The position numbers and the translations under genes are program-made. Positions 49,549 to 61,476 of a DNA stretch of 64,000 nucleotides are shown piece after piece. Source of the DNA: Gammaproteobacteria bacterium (GTDB lineage: Bacteria; Pseudomonadota; Gammaproteobacteria; Steroidobacterales; JABDMI01); contig JABDMI010000036.1 in NCBI GenBank assembly GCA_013001575.1, forward strand, positions 1,577-65,576, in the 5' to 3' direction. Positions within the stretch are counted from its first letter, which is position 1. Each line of letters begins with the position of its first letter. Under the pieces are notes generated by a model. That model saw only the letters and a list, made by a program, of their open reading frames with translations. It had not been told where the DNA came from and ran no database searches.

Positions 49549-50302
49549 AATCTGTGATCTCGAAGTCTGTGTACTGGTAATCGAAAATACTTTCCGGTTT
49601 GCGCTTGATATTTAGTTTGGCCAGTCCGTATGGCTCGCGCGATAATTGTAAACGGGTTTGCTCCAGATGATTGGAGTATAAATGGCAATCACCACCAGTC
49701 CAAATGAAATCGCCCACGTCCAGATCACATTGCTGCGCCATCATATGGGTGAGCAAGGCATAAGAAGCGATGTTGAACGGTACACCCAGGAAAATATCGG
49801 CACTGCGCTGGTAGAGCTGGCAAGACAGTTTGCCTTCGGCCACATAGAACTGGAACAAGGCATGACACGGGGTTAGCGCCATTTGTGACAATTCACCCAC
49901 GTTCCAGGCGTTTACGATTATGCGGCGTGAATCCGGATTGGTTTTGATCAATTCAACAGCCCGACTGATCTGATCAATGACCTCACCCGTCGGACTGGTC
50001 CAGGACCGCCATTGTTTGCCATACACCGGGCCAAGATCACCATTCTCATCGGCCCACTCGTCCCAGATACTGACTTTGTTGTCTTTAAGATAAGCGATAT
50101 TGGTGTCGCCTTTTAAAAACCACAACAGTTCATGAATGATTGAACGTAAATGCAGGCGCTTGGTAGTCACCAGCGGAAAACCCTGTTGCAGATCAAAACG
50201 CATTTGGTGGGCAAACACACTGAGCGTGCCGGTGCCGGTGCGGTCTTCTTTTTTCACCCCGTTCTCAAGAACGTGGCGCATCATGTCGAGATATTGTTTC
50301 AT
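49508..50302 (-). CDS. thyA: thymidylate synthase
   Basis: 264 aa. [15 protein letters not shown]…DRTGTGT…[12 protein letters not shown]. Confidence 0.97.
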   Translation of the reverse strand: MKQYLDMMRHVLENGVKKEDRTGTGTLSVFAHQMRFDLQQGFPLVTTKRLHLRSIIHELLWFLKGDTNIAYLKDNKVSIWDEWADENGDLGPVYGKQWRSWTSPTGEVIDQISRAVELIKTNPDSRRIIVNAWNVGELSQMALTPCHALFQFYVAEGKLSCQLYQRSADIFLGVPFNIASYALLTHMMAQQCDLDVGDFIWTGGDCHLYSNHLEQTRLQLSREPYGLAKLNIKRKPESIFDYQYTDFEITDYEYHKSIKAPIAV

Positions 50303-50334
50303 TGCTTATTGAAGGTATTACTAAAGGTTAAAAT

Positions 50335-51147
50335 TTAAGTCACTTGATTGAGTGGCTGATTTCGAGAGGTATAGATCAGATACAAACCAAACACGACCAT
50401 CAAAAAACACAATTGTTGTCCGCGAGTAACCCAGCCAAACATTTGATACCCCAAATGACTGTCAGGCACTCTGACGAATTCAATCATAAAACGGAACAGG
50501 CCGTAAAAGAACAGGAACAGACCCGATATTAAACGGGTTCTGGTCGGTTTTCTAGAAACCCACCACAGGATGATGAACAAGACCAGTCCTTCGAGCAAGG
50601 CTTCGTAGAGTTGCGAAGGATGCAGGACTTGGCCACGATAATTCACCCCGAGAACCGAATCGGTCGGCTTGCCCCAGAGTTCGCCATTAATAAAATTACC
50701 CATTCGACCAAACAGTAAACCCGGTGCAACGCCAGGTGCAAGAAAATCCGTAACCTGAAAAAAGGTTCGTTGCGTGCGTTTGGCGTACAACCACATCATA
50801 GCCAAAACGCCCAACAAGCCCCCGTGAAATGACATTCCGCCTTCCCAGAACTTGAAAATACCGATCGGATCGGTCCATAACATGTTGGTGTTGTAAAACA
50901 GCACATAACCCAGGCGTCCACCCAGGATCACACCCCAGATGCCATAAAAGATCATGTCCTCGGCTTGTTCGGAGGTCCAGCCACGCCAGGCTTGTAATTT
51001 TGCCCGGCGTTTCAAAAACACGATCGCAAATACAAAGCCGAGCACATACATCAAACCGTACCAGGTAGGTCCAATGGGGCCGAGCTTGAAGATATAAGGA
51101 TTGATTTCAGGATAGGTGAACATCGCGGAATAGTGTAGCATGAGCAT
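50335..51147 (-). CDS. lgt: phosphatidylglycerol:prolipoprotein diacylglyceryl transferase
   Basis: 270 aa. GPTWYGLMY…GGRLGYV…GGMSFHGG…[13 protein letters not shown]. Alternative ATG starts exist at 51141 and 51123. Confidence 0.93.
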   Translation of the reverse strand: MLMLHYSAMFTYPEINPYIFKLGPIGPTWYGLMYVLGFVFAIVFLKRRAKLQAWRGWTSEQAEDMIFYGIWGVILGGRLGYVLFYNTNMLWTDPIGIFKFWEGGMSFHGGLLGVLAMMWLYAKRTQRTFFQVTDFLAPGVAPGLLFGRMGNFINGELWGKPTDSVLGVNYRGQVLHPSQLYEALLEGLVLFIILWWVSRKPTRTRLISGLFLFFYGLFRFMIEFVRVPDSHLGYQMFGWVTRGQQLCFLMVVFGLYLIYTSRNQPLNQVT

Positions 51148-51187
51148 TTGTTACCAGTTGTTTCAAAAGCACACAAGATCGCTGCAT

Positions 51188-53245
51188 ATGCCCATAAATC
51201 GCCTGCAAGACTCCACCAGCCCCTATCTCCTGCAACACGCCAATGACCCTGTGCACTGGCAACCGTGGGACACTGAAGCACTGGCTCAGGCGCGTGCGCA
51301 AAACAAACCCATTTTGTTGTCCATCGGGTACTCGGCCTGTCACTGGTGTCATGTGATGGCGCATGAATCGTTTTCGGACAAAAACACCGCGGCCATCATG
51401 AATGAACATTTTGTGAACATTAAACTTGATCGTGAAGAACGCCCCGACCTCGACAAGATCTATCAACTCACGCATCAACTTTTGTTACAACGTCCTGGCG
51501 GTTGGCCGTTAACGGTGTTTTTAACCCCCGATCAACACATCCCCTTTTTTGCCGGCACCTACTTTCCGCCCGAACCTCGCCATGGCATGCCGGGCTTTCC
51601 GGAATTGATCCAGCGAATTGCCCAATATTTTCAAAACGAAGGCGAAAGCATTCAGACCCAGGGCGAACAGATCAAGAATTTTTTCAATTCCTTCGACCAA
51701 CGCGAACTGACTCCGAGCAACAAACTCGACAAGACCCCGATCATTAAGGCCTTGACGGTGTTGCGGGGTCAATTTGATCAACAGTTTGGTGGTTTTGGCG
51801 GGGCTCCGAAATTTCCTTTCCCCTCCAGTCTGGAATTCTTATTACAGCAGTGGGCACTTACCGCATACGACGAGGAACCGGATCGGCAATTGCTGTTTAT
51901 GGTCAGTCAAACCCTGCAACACATGGCGCGTGGTGGCCTGTATGACCAGATCCGCGGAGGTTTTTATCGCTACAGTGTGGATCAAGCCTGGATGATCCCG
52001 CATTTTGAAAAAATGTTGTACGACAACGCCCAACTGATTCCCTTGTACGCTCAACTTTTCCAGATCAGCGGGGAACCCTTTTACCGTGAGATCGTCAGTA
52101 ACAGTATTGAATGGCTGGTGGCCGATATGCAGCATCCAAACCGGGCCTTTTATGCAACCCTCGATGCGGATTCGGAGGGCGTTGAAGGAAAATTCTATGT
52201 CTGGTCACGTGAGGAACTGGAGAGTGTGCTGGATTTCGATGACTTGCACCTGCTTGAGCAACATTACAATATTGCTGGCTCAGCAAATTTTGAGGGCCAC
52301 TATCATTTACACCAGATCGCCGATGTCGCGGCACTCGCCGAAAACACCAACACGCCACGCGAACAAATTCAAAACAGAATCAATCTCAGCAAGCAACAAT
52401 TACTTGAGGTCAGGAATCGGCGTGTTCGCCCACAACGAGATAATAAACTCTTAACCGCCTGGAATGCCCTACTCGCCCGAGGCTTGAGTATCAGTGGACG
52501 CATTCTGGAATCGGAAAACATCAAACACCAAGCCTTCGCACTCTTACACTCCATCAAGTCGGAATTAGACCAGCATGGCAATCTGCGCGTACAAATGGGC
52601 GAACATTCCCACCCCAAACACGCCTTTATTGATGAATACGCTTTCACCTTGGACGCCATACTCGAAGCACTGCAAAATAACTGGGACACAGATCTATTGC
52701 TTTGGGCGTGTGATCTGGCCGATGTGATCATTAAGGAATACCAGGCCGAGAATGGGGGTTTTTATTACACCGCGCACAGTGATGAAGAGACTTTACTTTA
52801 TCGCCCGCTGACCTTCAGTGACGATGCCTTGCCATCGGGCAATGCAGTTGCCATAAAGTGTTTGTTACGCCTGGGTTATTTACTCGGTAACCCGGATTAT
52901 TTACAAGCGGCTGAAAAAGCCTTGAATTGCAGTTACCTGGAAATGGATAAATCGCCCCAGGCGCACGCCAGTTTGCTCACAGTACTGGATGAGTATCTGG
53001 AACCTGGAAAACAGTTCATTATTCGAGGCGAAAGTGCCGACATCGACAACTGGAAAAACAGTTTACAAAAACTCTATAGCCCCAAAACCCTGGTTTTTGC
53101 CATTCCAAACCATGCTGAAAATTTACCCGATGCCTTAAGCAGTAAAGTATTCCGTGAAATTTCCGTTGCGTATGTGTGTGAAGGTACAATGTGCAGTGCG
53201 GCTATTCATGATCTAGAATCCCTGATCGCTCAACTTGTCAATTAA
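51188..53245 (+). CDS. thioredoxin-domain (DUF255) / six-hairpin protein, YyaL-like
   Basis: [24 protein letters not shown]…[11 protein letters not shown], followed by a long alpha/alpha-toroid-like region. The start is placed at ATG 51188; the ORF-track start at 51140 would overlap lgt. Confidence 0.85.
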   Translation: MPINRLQDSTSPYLLQHANDPVHWQPWDTEALAQARAQNKPILLSIGYSACHWCHVMAHESFSDKNTAAIMNEHFVNIKLDREERPDLDKIYQLTHQLLLQRPGGWPLTVFLTPDQHIPFFAGTYFPPEPRHGMPGFPELIQRIAQYFQNEGESIQTQGEQIKNFFNSFDQRELTPSNKLDKTPIIKALTVLRGQFDQQFGGFGGAPKFPFPSSLEFLLQQWALTAYDEEPDRQLLFMVSQTLQHMARGGLYDQIRGGFYRYSVDQAWMIPHFEKMLYDNAQLIPLYAQLFQISGEPFYREIVSNSIEWLVADMQHPNRAFYATLDADSEGVEGKFYVWSREELESVLDFDDLHLLEQHYNIAGSANFEGHYHLHQIADVAALAENTNTPREQIQNRINLSKQQLLEVRNRRVRPQRDNKLLTAWNALLARGLSISGRILESENIKHQAFALLHSIKSELDQHGNLRVQMGEHSHPKHAFIDEYAFTLDAILEALQNNWDTDLLLWACDLADVIIKEYQAENGGFYYTAHSDEETLLYRPLTFSDDALPSGNAVAIKCLLRLGYLLGNPDYLQAAEKALNCSYLEMDKSPQAHASLLTVLDEYLEPGKQFIIRGESADIDNWKNSLQKLYSPKTLVFAIPNHAENLPDALSSKVFREISVAYVCEGTMCSAAIHDLESLIAQLVN

Positions 53246-53254
53246 CCCACAGGA

Positions 53255-53884
53255 ATGTATATGCAAAACCCGGAACCCGAACAGCACGATAACGAGATCG
53301 AAACAAATAACGATTATCATGCAAGTCCTGAATTGAGCGCTCATCCCTATGTCATGAAAAATCTGACCGGCATTGGAAAACGCTTGAACCGTCTGGATTT
53401 TGCTATTCTGATATTTACGGTTTACTTGTTTGAATTACTGGCGCACAAGTTATTTGGAATAAATCCGATCATTATTGCTTTTACGGCAGCTTTTGATCCC
53501 GACAGTATGGATAGATCCGCAAATCTGGGGTTGTGGATCAACTTGATCGGTATGCTTGCGGTGTTGTCATTTGCCATTCAGCGATTGCATGACCTGGGCT
53601 ACTCGGCCTGGACCGCCACTATCTTTTTTATTCCAGCTCTGGGTATTCCGGTTATTTCTTTACTGGCGGTACCAGTGAGCATGATCATTGGTTTGATCCT
53701 GTTGTTTGCCCGTGGTGTCGCTCAGCCCAATAAATACGGGCCGCCTCCGGCCGGACACAAAAAAAACAAGCTCCTGATATTTATCGCAGTACTGATCGTT
53801 ACCTTCATGTTGTACAGCAGTCACTTCCAGGAAGCCAAACCGGTCATTGACCCGATAATTCAGAACATACTTAATGTTCAGTAA
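53255..53884 (+). CDS. DUF805-family inner-membrane protein
   Basis: 209 aa. Contains the IQRLHDLGYSAW motif within a multi-TM core and the C-terminal NKYGPPP. Confidence 0.7.
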   Translation: MYMQNPEPEQHDNEIETNNDYHASPELSAHPYVMKNLTGIGKRLNRLDFAILIFTVYLFELLAHKLFGINPIIIAFTAAFDPDSMDRSANLGLWINLIGMLAVLSFAIQRLHDLGYSAWTATIFFIPALGIPVISLLAVPVSMIIGLILLFARGVAQPNKYGPPPAGHKKNKLLIFIAVLIVTFMLYSSHFQEAKPVIDPIIQNILNVQ

Positions 53885-53904
53885 GTAATTTGAACTAGCC
53901 ATAC

Positions 53905-53933
53905 AAATAAAAAAGCCCACATGAAGTGGGCTT
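53905..53933 (-). terminator. rho-independent terminator (minus-strand sense); may also stop the convergent plus-strand gene
   Basis: 8-bp stem aagcccac/gtgggctt with a 5-nt loop. On the minus strand it is followed by TTTTATTT. It sits between the convergent genes ending at 53884 (+) and 54033 (-). Confidence 0.6.
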
Positions 53934-54032
53934 GAAGGGTTTGCTTGTGGGTTTTTATAGTTTTAGATTCTTCACTTACACCTTTAATTCTTTACTGAAG
54001 ATTTGATTTCTTCCGATTGATCTATCCGAGAT

Positions 54033-54359
54033 TTAATCTTTTACGGTTGCGAATAAGCTCTTCAGTGCAACCAGTAAAACCGCAGGCGACAAGAACACCA
54101 CCAGATTGTTCATGATCGTGGTGACAACATCTCCGACCATTGGAATCGAGTCCACAGCATCGGCTGCAACGATCAAGCCAATCGCGGCCAACAAGAACCT
54201 TCTAGATTCGGCATCACTGACATTAAAAAAGCCTGTGAGCAAACCTGCTACAACCAGCACCCAGGTGAACCACTCGGGCATGGCGGCGAATGCACCGACT
54301 ACTGAAAGACCAAGGCCAATAATGACCGCTATACCACCTAACTTACCAAGATTTGACAT
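54033..54359 (-). CDS. small three-TM membrane protein, hypothetical
   Basis: 108 aa, Gly/Ala/Val-rich helices. No family was recognised. Confidence 0.45.
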   Translation of the reverse strand: MSNLGKLGGIAVIIGLGLSVVGAFAAMPEWFTWVLVVAGLLTGFFNVSDAESRRFLLAAIGLIVAADAVDSIPMVGDVVTTIMNNLVVFLSPAVLLVALKSLFATVKD

Positions 54360-54581
54360 CTGACTCCTCCCCAGGAATGTGTGTCGTTATGAAAATATTA
54401 TTTGCTTTTGTTCTTGGGTTAAGCGCCAAAAGCACTGTCCCAATTAGCGGTAATGTAGCATAATTCATTGATTTAAAAAGGATTTAGACGGTCAATGAGC
54501 AAGCTTGGGCAAATTTTTATAATTGGAATAGGTCTAAAATTTCGGGATTTCGCCAGTCTTTGCTATGATGGACGGCCGTCT

Positions 54582-55034
54582 TTATGAAAATGCTTGTTCA
54601 AGTATTTCTTGCACTTCATATGAAAACCCGGCCAGGTCTGGCCATAGCATTGTTTCTTTGGCCTGTGCCGATTGCAGTTGCTCGGGCGTATAAAGCCCCT
54701 TAAGCAAATCCAAAGCATGATATTCAAGATCCGGATGTCGGGATAACCAGTCGGCAAAATTTTGCAGATTTTTTTGCGCAATTACTCGCGTTACTACCTC
54801 GGCCGCCAACACGGCTGTAACCGTCAAATTAAATTTATCCGCCGCGCCTAAAACCTTTACATAGCTTTGAATATCCGCACACATACGTAGAACAGCTTGG
54901 TGTGGTTCATGACTATGGGCGTGCAACCAGGCTAAATGCAAATGCTTGCGATGCGTGAATTGCTCACCCGGATAAGTGCCTTGTGATATTTGCTCAACAA
55001 GATCCAACTCTTCCTGGTTCGGGATGTACGACAT
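54582..55034 (-). CDS. hypothetical helical protein with a His-rich segment
   Basis: 150 aa. Contains THRKHLHLAWLHAHSHEPH. The start lies 7 nt downstream of the protease gene stop. No family was recognised. Confidence 0.4.
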   Translation of the reverse strand: MSYIPNQEELDLVEQISQGTYPGEQFTHRKHLHLAWLHAHSHEPHQAVLRMCADIQSYVKVLGAADKFNLTVTAVLAAEVVTRVIAQKNLQNFADWLSRHPDLEYHALDLLKGLYTPEQLQSAQAKETMLWPDLAGFSYEVQEILEQAFS

Positions 55035-55041
55035 GCTTAAA

Positions 55042-57858
55042 CTACAATACTTGCCGTTCCCAGCCTTTAGTGGTTTTGACCAATTGATAGAACGGCCAGA
55101 ACTGGGTATCTAGTTTTAAGGTGATAACGCGAGCCTGATTATTCCAAGCCAACGTTTTAATGCGTAAAGACTCGCGATGTTGTTTGTTCTTGACCGCATT
55201 GATAAGGTCGTCGAGATCGGCTATTACCTGACCATCGATCTCGACAATGCGTTGCCCGGCCCAGAGTCCGTAGCGTGTGGCGGGTGAACCAAAGGCGTAA
55301 TACGAGACATAAACCCCGTCAGTATCCATTTTGCGTTGTGCCAATAAAGCGCGATGCGGTTTGTGTAAATAAGCCCCGGACCACACCACCACACGTTCCA
55401 CGCTCTCGTGACTCAAGACCACAGTCGGAATTTCGAGCGTGATCAATTCATTATTGCGCCACAAACTGAGTTTGATCCGGTCTTTTTGCATGGCCAGTTC
55501 CACATCGCGGAAACTGCTGACCGCACGATCATCAATCGCCAGTAACAAGTCTCCGGGTTTGACCATATCTTCGGAAGGCGCACCACTCACGGTACGCTCC
55601 ACTTCCAGAACTTTGCGCCGTTGCGGATTGTGTTTTTCCAGGCGTTTGGCCCACTCATTCGGCAAGCCACGTTTGCGCGCCCCGGCCAGTGAGATCGTCG
55701 ACAACTCGATCTCGGCCGAACGGTAATTGCGTTTTTCTACTTGCTCGGCGGCATCGATCAGATACACACTGGGAATGCCACGGGCAACCTGGCCTCCGCT
55801 GCGTCCGGCCGAATACGCAAAACTCGCCCATTTGGCCCGTACCCGACCTTTGCTATCCACGATCACGCCATCAATATTGTCCGGCGCATTCACCAGGGAG
55901 ACTACTTCAATATTGGTGTCGCGGTAACCAAAGTAAGAAGACAATGGCGCGTACCATTCATCCACGGATGAGACCTGGGTACGCTGGCTGAGAAGCTTTT
56001 GATCCGGCTGCAAACCGATCACGCTCACTTCCTCGCCAGACTGCAAGGGTCGGGTGTCAAACTGCACGGCCTTGACTGGTGTAGTTCCAATTAATTCAGG
56101 ATTGTATGAAACCACGGCCAGATTATGGACCGGGTGGATGTATTCGACCTTTCCTGAAATCTCCAGTGACCCTGCAAAGGTCAGTCGCACATCACCGATC
56201 TCGATCGGAACGGTGTTGCGATCCACCATGACGTAGCCTTTTTTGGCATTGGTCACAATTCCGGTGCCGTAATAATTGGTTTCGGCAATACCGGCCACAT
56301 AATACGGCGCATCAAAACTGACCATGACCAGGGACGGCGCCAGTTTATTCGCCAGAGGATCCCCATTCAGAACAAACGAGGTACTTGAAACTTCGGGATC
56401 AACGCCATTATCCGCACCGCTGATGCGGGCACATGGCCAACTGCCATTGCGGTCATCGCGTTTGCAGCGCTGCACCGGAAACCATTGGTGTTCCATGTAA
56501 ACCACGCGGGTTTCCAAAAGCTTGGGATCGCTTGCGGTGAAATATTGCACCGGAATTTTTTCTTTATCGTGCATTTCACTGATCACCGCGATCATATCGT
56601 CCAGCGAATCAATATTTTTATTATTCATACTGCGTACCACCGCAGCACGCGGAATGCCGGCATTACCAAACATGTAACCCGGATTCGCAATAAACGCACC
56701 CTGCACCGGCACATTGAAATTACGCGCTTGTTGATACGACAAGGTATGTACGACCCCATTGCCGATCTCTAAATATTCGTCGGCGGTCAGTTTATGCAGA
56801 TCATCAACCTGGATACTAGCGTCAAAATTCTTGTCCCCGCGTTGAATAGAAAAATTCACATTTTGTTCAACGCTGTTATCCAGAGTGGCTTCCAGTGTGA
56901 CAAAATCGGCAAACAAGCGACCATTAATATGGGTCACGATATCGCCGGGATCAAGGGCATCACTGGCCGGACTGCCAGGCAAGACCTGGGTAACCACCAA
57001 CAAGCCTTTGGATTCCGGGAATTGTTGGCGCGCTTGTCGCTCTACATCCTCACTCAAACCCAAACGACGCAGCTCATCATAGGGTTTGTGTTCGAATACC
57101 GTCTGGATACTGCCGCGTGTAACCGGCCGTTGTTGCTGAATCAGGCGTAAAGCACGCACTACCCGATCCAGGGGTAAGAAGAAACTCGATGCCGCCTGGG
57201 AACTAGCGCCCGCATTCAAAGCAATCACATTGCCGTGCACATCCAATACCGGTGAACCGGATGAGCCCCCGGAAGTGCTGGAAGCGGCCTGAAAATAAAA
57301 GGTATTAAAATCGTTGAAGCTATTCCGTCCATAGGCCGGTGCAGTGCGGTCGAGTTTGGCCAGCGTGCCCGCCAAAATTGATAATTGTTCACCGGCATCG
57401 TTTCCCACTACGCGAATATCCAGACTTTTTACCGCATTCTCGGGCTTTAAAGGCAGTTCCACCGGCTCAATAAATTTAAGTTGTTCGGGGTTGTACTGAA
57501 AAAAACCAAAGTCATGCACAGGGTCCCGATAGATGGGTTTGAGTTCGATCTCCTCATGATTTAAAAACACACCTTCGGCGATCGCCGGCCCACCCATAAC
57601 CACATGCCGGTTGGTCAAAATGATGCCGCGTTGTTTATCCACAATAAATCCGGTTGCCTGAGTGGACTGGTTCCAGTCGGTGTCAAAAGCACGGGTGCCA
57701 TCCACCCGGATCGAGATCACGCCATTACTGATGTGGTCCAGGGTTTTTTGCCACTGGGCGCTGGTGTTGAGCGGGGTGACGTCTGCGAAGCTGAAATTGA
57801 CGACAAACAGCCACACACACAATACACACAGGCGCGAGAAAACAGAAAATTTATTCAT
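55042..57858 (-). CDS. Nma111-type tandem HtrA-like serine protease with PDZ domains, secreted or periplasmic
   Basis: 938 aa with a signal peptide. The first half has an intact triad context (LTNRHVV, RDPVHDFGFFQY, GGSSGSPVLD) plus PDZ domains (LPGSPA…GDIVTHING). The second half repeats the fold with the Ser motif lost (NIDGVIVDSKG) and has two further PDZ-like segments. Confidence 0.8.
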   Translation of the reverse strand: MNKFSVFSRLCVLCVWLFVVNFSFADVTPLNTSAQWQKTLDHISNGVISIRVDGTRAFDTDWNQSTQATGFIVDKQRGIILTNRHVVMGGPAIAEGVFLNHEEIELKPIYRDPVHDFGFFQYNPEQLKFIEPVELPLKPENAVKSLDIRVVGNDAGEQLSILAGTLAKLDRTAPAYGRNSFNDFNTFYFQAASSTSGGSSGSPVLDVHGNVIALNAGASSQAASSFFLPLDRVVRALRLIQQQRPVTRGSIQTVFEHKPYDELRRLGLSEDVERQARQQFPESKGLLVVTQVLPGSPASDALDPGDIVTHINGRLFADFVTLEATLDNSVEQNVNFSIQRGDKNFDASIQVDDLHKLTADEYLEIGNGVVHTLSYQQARNFNVPVQGAFIANPGYMFGNAGIPRAAVVRSMNNKNIDSLDDMIAVISEMHDKEKIPVQYFTASDPKLLETRVVYMEHQWFPVQRCKRDDRNGSWPCARISGADNGVDPEVSSTSFVLNGDPLANKLAPSLVMVSFDAPYYVAGIAETNYYGTGIVTNAKKGYVMVDRNTVPIEIGDVRLTFAGSLEISGKVEYIHPVHNLAVVSYNPELIGTTPVKAVQFDTRPLQSGEEVSVIGLQPDQKLLSQRTQVSSVDEWYAPLSSYFGYRDTNIEVVSLVNAPDNIDGVIVDSKGRVRAKWASFAYSAGRSGGQVARGIPSVYLIDAAEQVEKRNYRSAEIELSTISLAGARKRGLPNEWAKRLEKHNPQRRKVLEVERTVSGAPSEDMVKPGDLLLAIDDRAVSSFRDVELAMQKDRIKLSLWRNNELITLEIPTVVLSHESVERVVVWSGAYLHKPHRALLAQRKMDTDGVYVSYYAFGSPATRYGLWAGQRIVEIDGQVIADLDDLINAVKNKQHRESLRIKTLAWNNQARVITLKLDTQFWPFYQLVKTTKGWERQVL

Positions 57859-57888
57859 GTAAAAACTTATTTTTATTAATAATGCAGT

Positions 57889-58824
57889 TTAGAGACTTCG
57901 GCCAAAAGAACGTTCAAATTGTTGTGAGAATTCTTGCTGACTAAAACTGTGATTTTGAGTGCCCGCGTGAGAAATTTTTATCGAGCCGAGTAAAGAGGCA
58001 ACGCAACCGGCGGTTTCAAGATCCATGCCTTGCATCAAAGCGTACAAGAGTCCGGCCCGGTAAGCGTCACCGCAACCGGTGGGATCGATCACATCAATCG
58101 GGGTGACCGCCGGGATATCGGTACGCCGGGTATCGGGCGTAAAGATAATAGACCCTTCAGCACCGCGGGTAATGATCATGGCTTTGGCGCGGTCGGCCAT
58201 TTCCATTGGTGACATACCGGTTTTATCCTGCATCATTTTGGCTTCGTAATCATTAACCACAATGTAATCGGCCAATTCGATAAAACGATTCAGCTCTTCA
58301 CCATTGAACATGGGTAAGCCCTGGCCCGGATCAAACAAAAACGGGATCCCGGCGTCAGCAAATTGTTCGGCGTGTTCTTGCATGCCCTGTTTGCCATCGG
58401 GGGATATGATCCCGATCTTGAAACCGGCATCGCTTGGTACCGCGTTCAAATGCGACTCGCCCATGGCCCCGGGGTGAAAAGCGGTGATCTGATTATCGTC
58501 AAGATCGGTCGTGATGTACGCCTGTGCGGTGTATTGCCCCGAAATTTCCTGTAAATAATCACGCGCTATGCCATTGGAGTCCATCCAGTCGGCGTAGGGA
58601 GCAAAGTCGCTGCCAACCGTGCCCATGGGCTTGCCTTCGCCACCGAGTAATTTCAGATTGTAGGCAATGTTTCCGGCACAACCACCAAATTCCTTACGCA
58701 TTTGCGGAACCATGAATGACACATTCAACATATGAATGCTGTCGGGCAGAATATGATCTTTGAAATGGCCGGGAAAAACCATAATGTTATCGTAAGCAAA
58801 AGAGCCACAGATCAACGCGGACAT
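57889..58824 (-). CDS. PfkB-family carbohydrate/nucleoside kinase
   Basis: 311 aa. GGCAGNIAYNL near the N-terminus and the C-terminal DPTGCGDAYRAG motif. Confidence 0.85.
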   Translation of the reverse strand: MSALICGSFAYDNIMVFPGHFKDHILPDSIHMLNVSFMVPQMRKEFGGCAGNIAYNLKLLGGEGKPMGTVGSDFAPYADWMDSNGIARDYLQEISGQYTAQAYITTDLDDNQITAFHPGAMGESHLNAVPSDAGFKIGIISPDGKQGMQEHAEQFADAGIPFLFDPGQGLPMFNGEELNRFIELADYIVVNDYEAKMMQDKTGMSPMEMADRAKAMIITRGAEGSIIFTPDTRRTDIPAVTPIDVIDPTGCGDAYRAGLLYALMQGMDLETAGCVASLLGSIKISHAGTQNHSFSQQEFSQQFERSFGRSL

Positions 58825-58890
58825 AGCGATTTCCTTTTGTATCTATCTGGTTGAAAAACTCGGGAATTAAATTATTTCTTAAATGCCAAT

Positions 58891-59280
58891 TTACAGGGTG
58901 GCCAAAAAGGCCAGAAAGTCATCATACAATACACAGGTCCAGACCACTATATGATTCACAAAGGCAAGCAAGACCACCGCCGACCCCATGTCTTTGGCAC
59001 GTCCGGATAATTGGTGTATTTCGCCACCAAAACGATCGACCACCGCTTCCAGGGCACTGTTAACCAGTTCGGCGATCAATATTATGATCAGGGTACTGAT
59101 CAGTAGTGCGTACTCAAGCCCGTTATCGCCCCACCATAATGCGAGCGGAATTCCGAGTGCCACTTTGACCAATTCTTGTCGAAAGGCTTGTTCATTCTGA
59201 TACGCGGCAACCAGTCCCTGCCAGGAATATTTAAACGCATTGAGGATACGTTTTAGACCGGTCGCTTTCTGGTTAGCCAT
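58891..59280 (-). CDS. dgkA: diacylglycerol kinase
   Basis: 129 aa. FKYSWQGL…NEQAFRQE…ELVNSALEAVVDR is typical of DgkA. Confidence 0.9.
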   Translation of the reverse strand: MANQKATGLKRILNAFKYSWQGLVAAYQNEQAFRQELVKVALGIPLALWWGDNGLEYALLISTLIIILIAELVNSALEAVVDRFGGEIHQLSGRAKDMGSAVVLLAFVNHIVVWTCVLYDDFLAFLATL

Positions 59281-59405
59281 GCTTATAATTCCCGATGTAC
59301 TTATTTTTATTCGCCACCATCGGGTCCATAAAAAAATGCCCAGGTGGATGACGTCGACAACCGCTCCAGTGCTTTATCAAGCGTGAAATGCATAGACCCT
59401 TTTCG

Positions 59406-60869
59406 CTAAGCGGCATCCGGTTGATAACGCACGTCCAATTGCTTAGCAGCACGCACATCATCCAGTCGTCTTACCGGGGTGGTGTAGGGAGCGCCTTTAA
59501 CCTTGGCTGCGTCGGTTTCGGAATCGTGCAAGATTTTGATCATGGCATCAATAAATCCATCCAGATCTTCTTTGGCTTCGGTTTCGGTCGGTTCGATCAG
59601 TAAACATTCCGGTACCAGCAATGGAAAGTAGGTAGTGGGTGCGTGGTAGCCTTCATCGAGCAGGGCTTTGGCAAAATCCATGGCATTGACCTTGAGTTCT
59701 TTGGCCTGTTTTTTCAGGGTAACAATAAACTCATGACTGGCGCGGCGCTCCGGGAAAGCCAGATCGAATCCGCCATCGGCCAAACGTTTCATCAGGTAGT
59801 TGGCATTCAAAGTAGCAAATTCGGCCACCCGTTGCATGCCCTCCTTTCCGAGCATACGTGCGTAAACATAAGCGCGCAACAACACTCCGGCATTGCCCAT
59901 AAAGGCCGATAAACGTCCGATGCTTTGTGGCATTTCTTTTTCGGTTGCCCAGGTATACGTGCGTTCGGATTGCTCCGAGCCTTTTAACACAAAGGGAATA
60001 GGCATGAACGGTTTCAAGCGCTTGCTCACCCCGACCGCACCGGCACCCGGGCCTCCACCGCCGTGCGGGGTGGAGAAAGTTTTGTGTAAATTCATATGGA
60101 TCACATCAAAGCCCATGTCACCGGGACGAACCTGACCAAGAATGGCGTTGAGGTTGGCGCCGTCGTAATACAACAAGCCACCGGCGTCGTGCACCAGTCC
60201 GGCGATCTCTTTAATGCGACGTTCGAACACACCCAGAGTGGACGGATTGGTCAGCATAATGCCGGCCGTTTTCGGACCAAGTACCGCCTTAAGGGCTTCG
60301 ATATCCACATCGCCGTCTTTTTTGGTTGGAATCTCGATGACTTCGCAGCCACACATGATCGCGGTGGCCGGATTGGTGCCATGTGCCGCGTCCGGAACAA
60401 TGATCTGATTACGTTCCAGGTCATTATTGGCCTTGTGATAGGCCATGATCATGGCAACACCGGCAAACTCGCCCTGGGCACCGGCCATGGGCGACAAGGT
60501 TACGGCCGCCATACCCGTCACTTCCTCGAGCATGTCCTGTAATTCATACATACATTGCATAAAACCCTGACCATGCGAAACCGGCGCCAGGGGATGACGC
60601 TGTATAAATTCCGGCAACATAGCCAAGGAGTTACAAGCCCGCGGGTTGTACTTCATTGTGCACGAACCAAGTGGATAAAAATGCGTATCGATGGAGAAAT
60701 TCTTTTGCGACAAACGCGTGTAATGTCTGACCGCCTGCATTTCCGACACTTCCGGCAAGTTGGCACGACTGCGGCGTTGCAGATGCTCGGGAATATTGGT
60801 GTCGGCCAGTGCGTGTGGCGCCTGTGCGTTTGCAAAGCGACCCGTGTGAGAATGTTCAAAAATCAACAT
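59406..60869 (-). CDS. gcvPB: glycine dehydrogenase (aminomethyl-transferring) subunit 2
   Basis: 487 aa. PLP-lysine context ([16 protein letters not shown]) and the split-P-protein arrangement. Confidence 0.95.
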   Translation of the reverse strand: MLIFEHSHTGRFANAQAPHALADTNIPEHLQRRSRANLPEVSEMQAVRHYTRLSQKNFSIDTHFYPLGSCTMKYNPRACNSLAMLPEFIQRHPLAPVSHGQGFMQCMYELQDMLEEVTGMAAVTLSPMAGAQGEFAGVAMIMAYHKANNDLERNQIIVPDAAHGTNPATAIMCGCEVIEIPTKKDGDVDIEALKAVLGPKTAGIMLTNPSTLGVFERRIKEIAGLVHDAGGLLYYDGANLNAILGQVRPGDMGFDVIHMNLHKTFSTPHGGGGPGAGAVGVSKRLKPFMPIPFVLKGSEQSERTYTWATEKEMPQSIGRLSAFMGNAGVLLRAYVYARMLGKEGMQRVAEFATLNANYLMKRLADGGFDLAFPERRASHEFIVTLKKQAKELKVNAMDFAKALLDEGYHAPTTYFPLLVPECLLIEPTETEAKEDLDGFIDAMIKILHDSETDAAKVKGAPYTTPVRRLDDVRAAKQLDVRYQPDAA

Positions 60870-60924
60870 TGGTATTATCCGGTTTTGAAAGTATGAATTA
60901 AAAGGTATGTTAGGTGGCGAATTA

Positions 60925-61428
60925 TTATTTAGCTAAAGCAGCCAAAGCCGATTCATAATCCGGCTCATCACCGATCTCGCCGACCAATTCTGTGTGCAAC
61001 ACTTTATTGTCACCATCAAGCACAACAATCGCACGCGCCGTCACACCGGCCAGCGGACCGTCTTGCAACAATACGCCGTAGTCTTTGGCGAAATTCTTGT
61101 CGCGCATCATTGACAAAGTGTGCACATTTTCAAGCCCTTCGTCGCCACAAAAACGACCTTGCGCAAAAGGCAGATCGGCCGAGATCATTAACATCACGGT
61201 GTCGGCGTGCTGTTTGGCGTAGTCATTGAATTTTTTAGTCGACAAGGCACAGGTTGCGGTATCGACACTTGGAAAAATACTCAAGAGTTTTTTCTTGCCT
61301 GAAAAATCACCCAGACTCACATCAGCCAAATCGCCATTGGTTAATTTGAAATCCGGTGCGCTTTGTCCGACTTTAGGGAGCTCACCATTTACTGAAACGG
61401 CATTGCCGCCAAGATTTACTGTAGTCAT
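60925..61428 (-). CDS. tpx: thiol peroxidase
   Basis: 167 aa. [10 protein letters not shown] (peroxidatic Cys) and FCG (resolving Cys context). Confidence 0.95.
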   Translation of the reverse strand: MTTVNLGGNAVSVNGELPKVGQSAPDFKLTNGDLADVSLGDFSGKKKLLSIFPSVDTATCALSTKKFNDYAKQHADTVMLMISADLPFAQGRFCGDEGLENVHTLSMMRDKNFAKDYGVLLQDGPLAGVTARAIVVLDGDNKVLHTELVGEIGDEPDYESALAALAK

Positions 61429-61476
61429 GCTATTTTCTCCATTAAATTTCTAAAATTATTGAAATACATTTAATTT

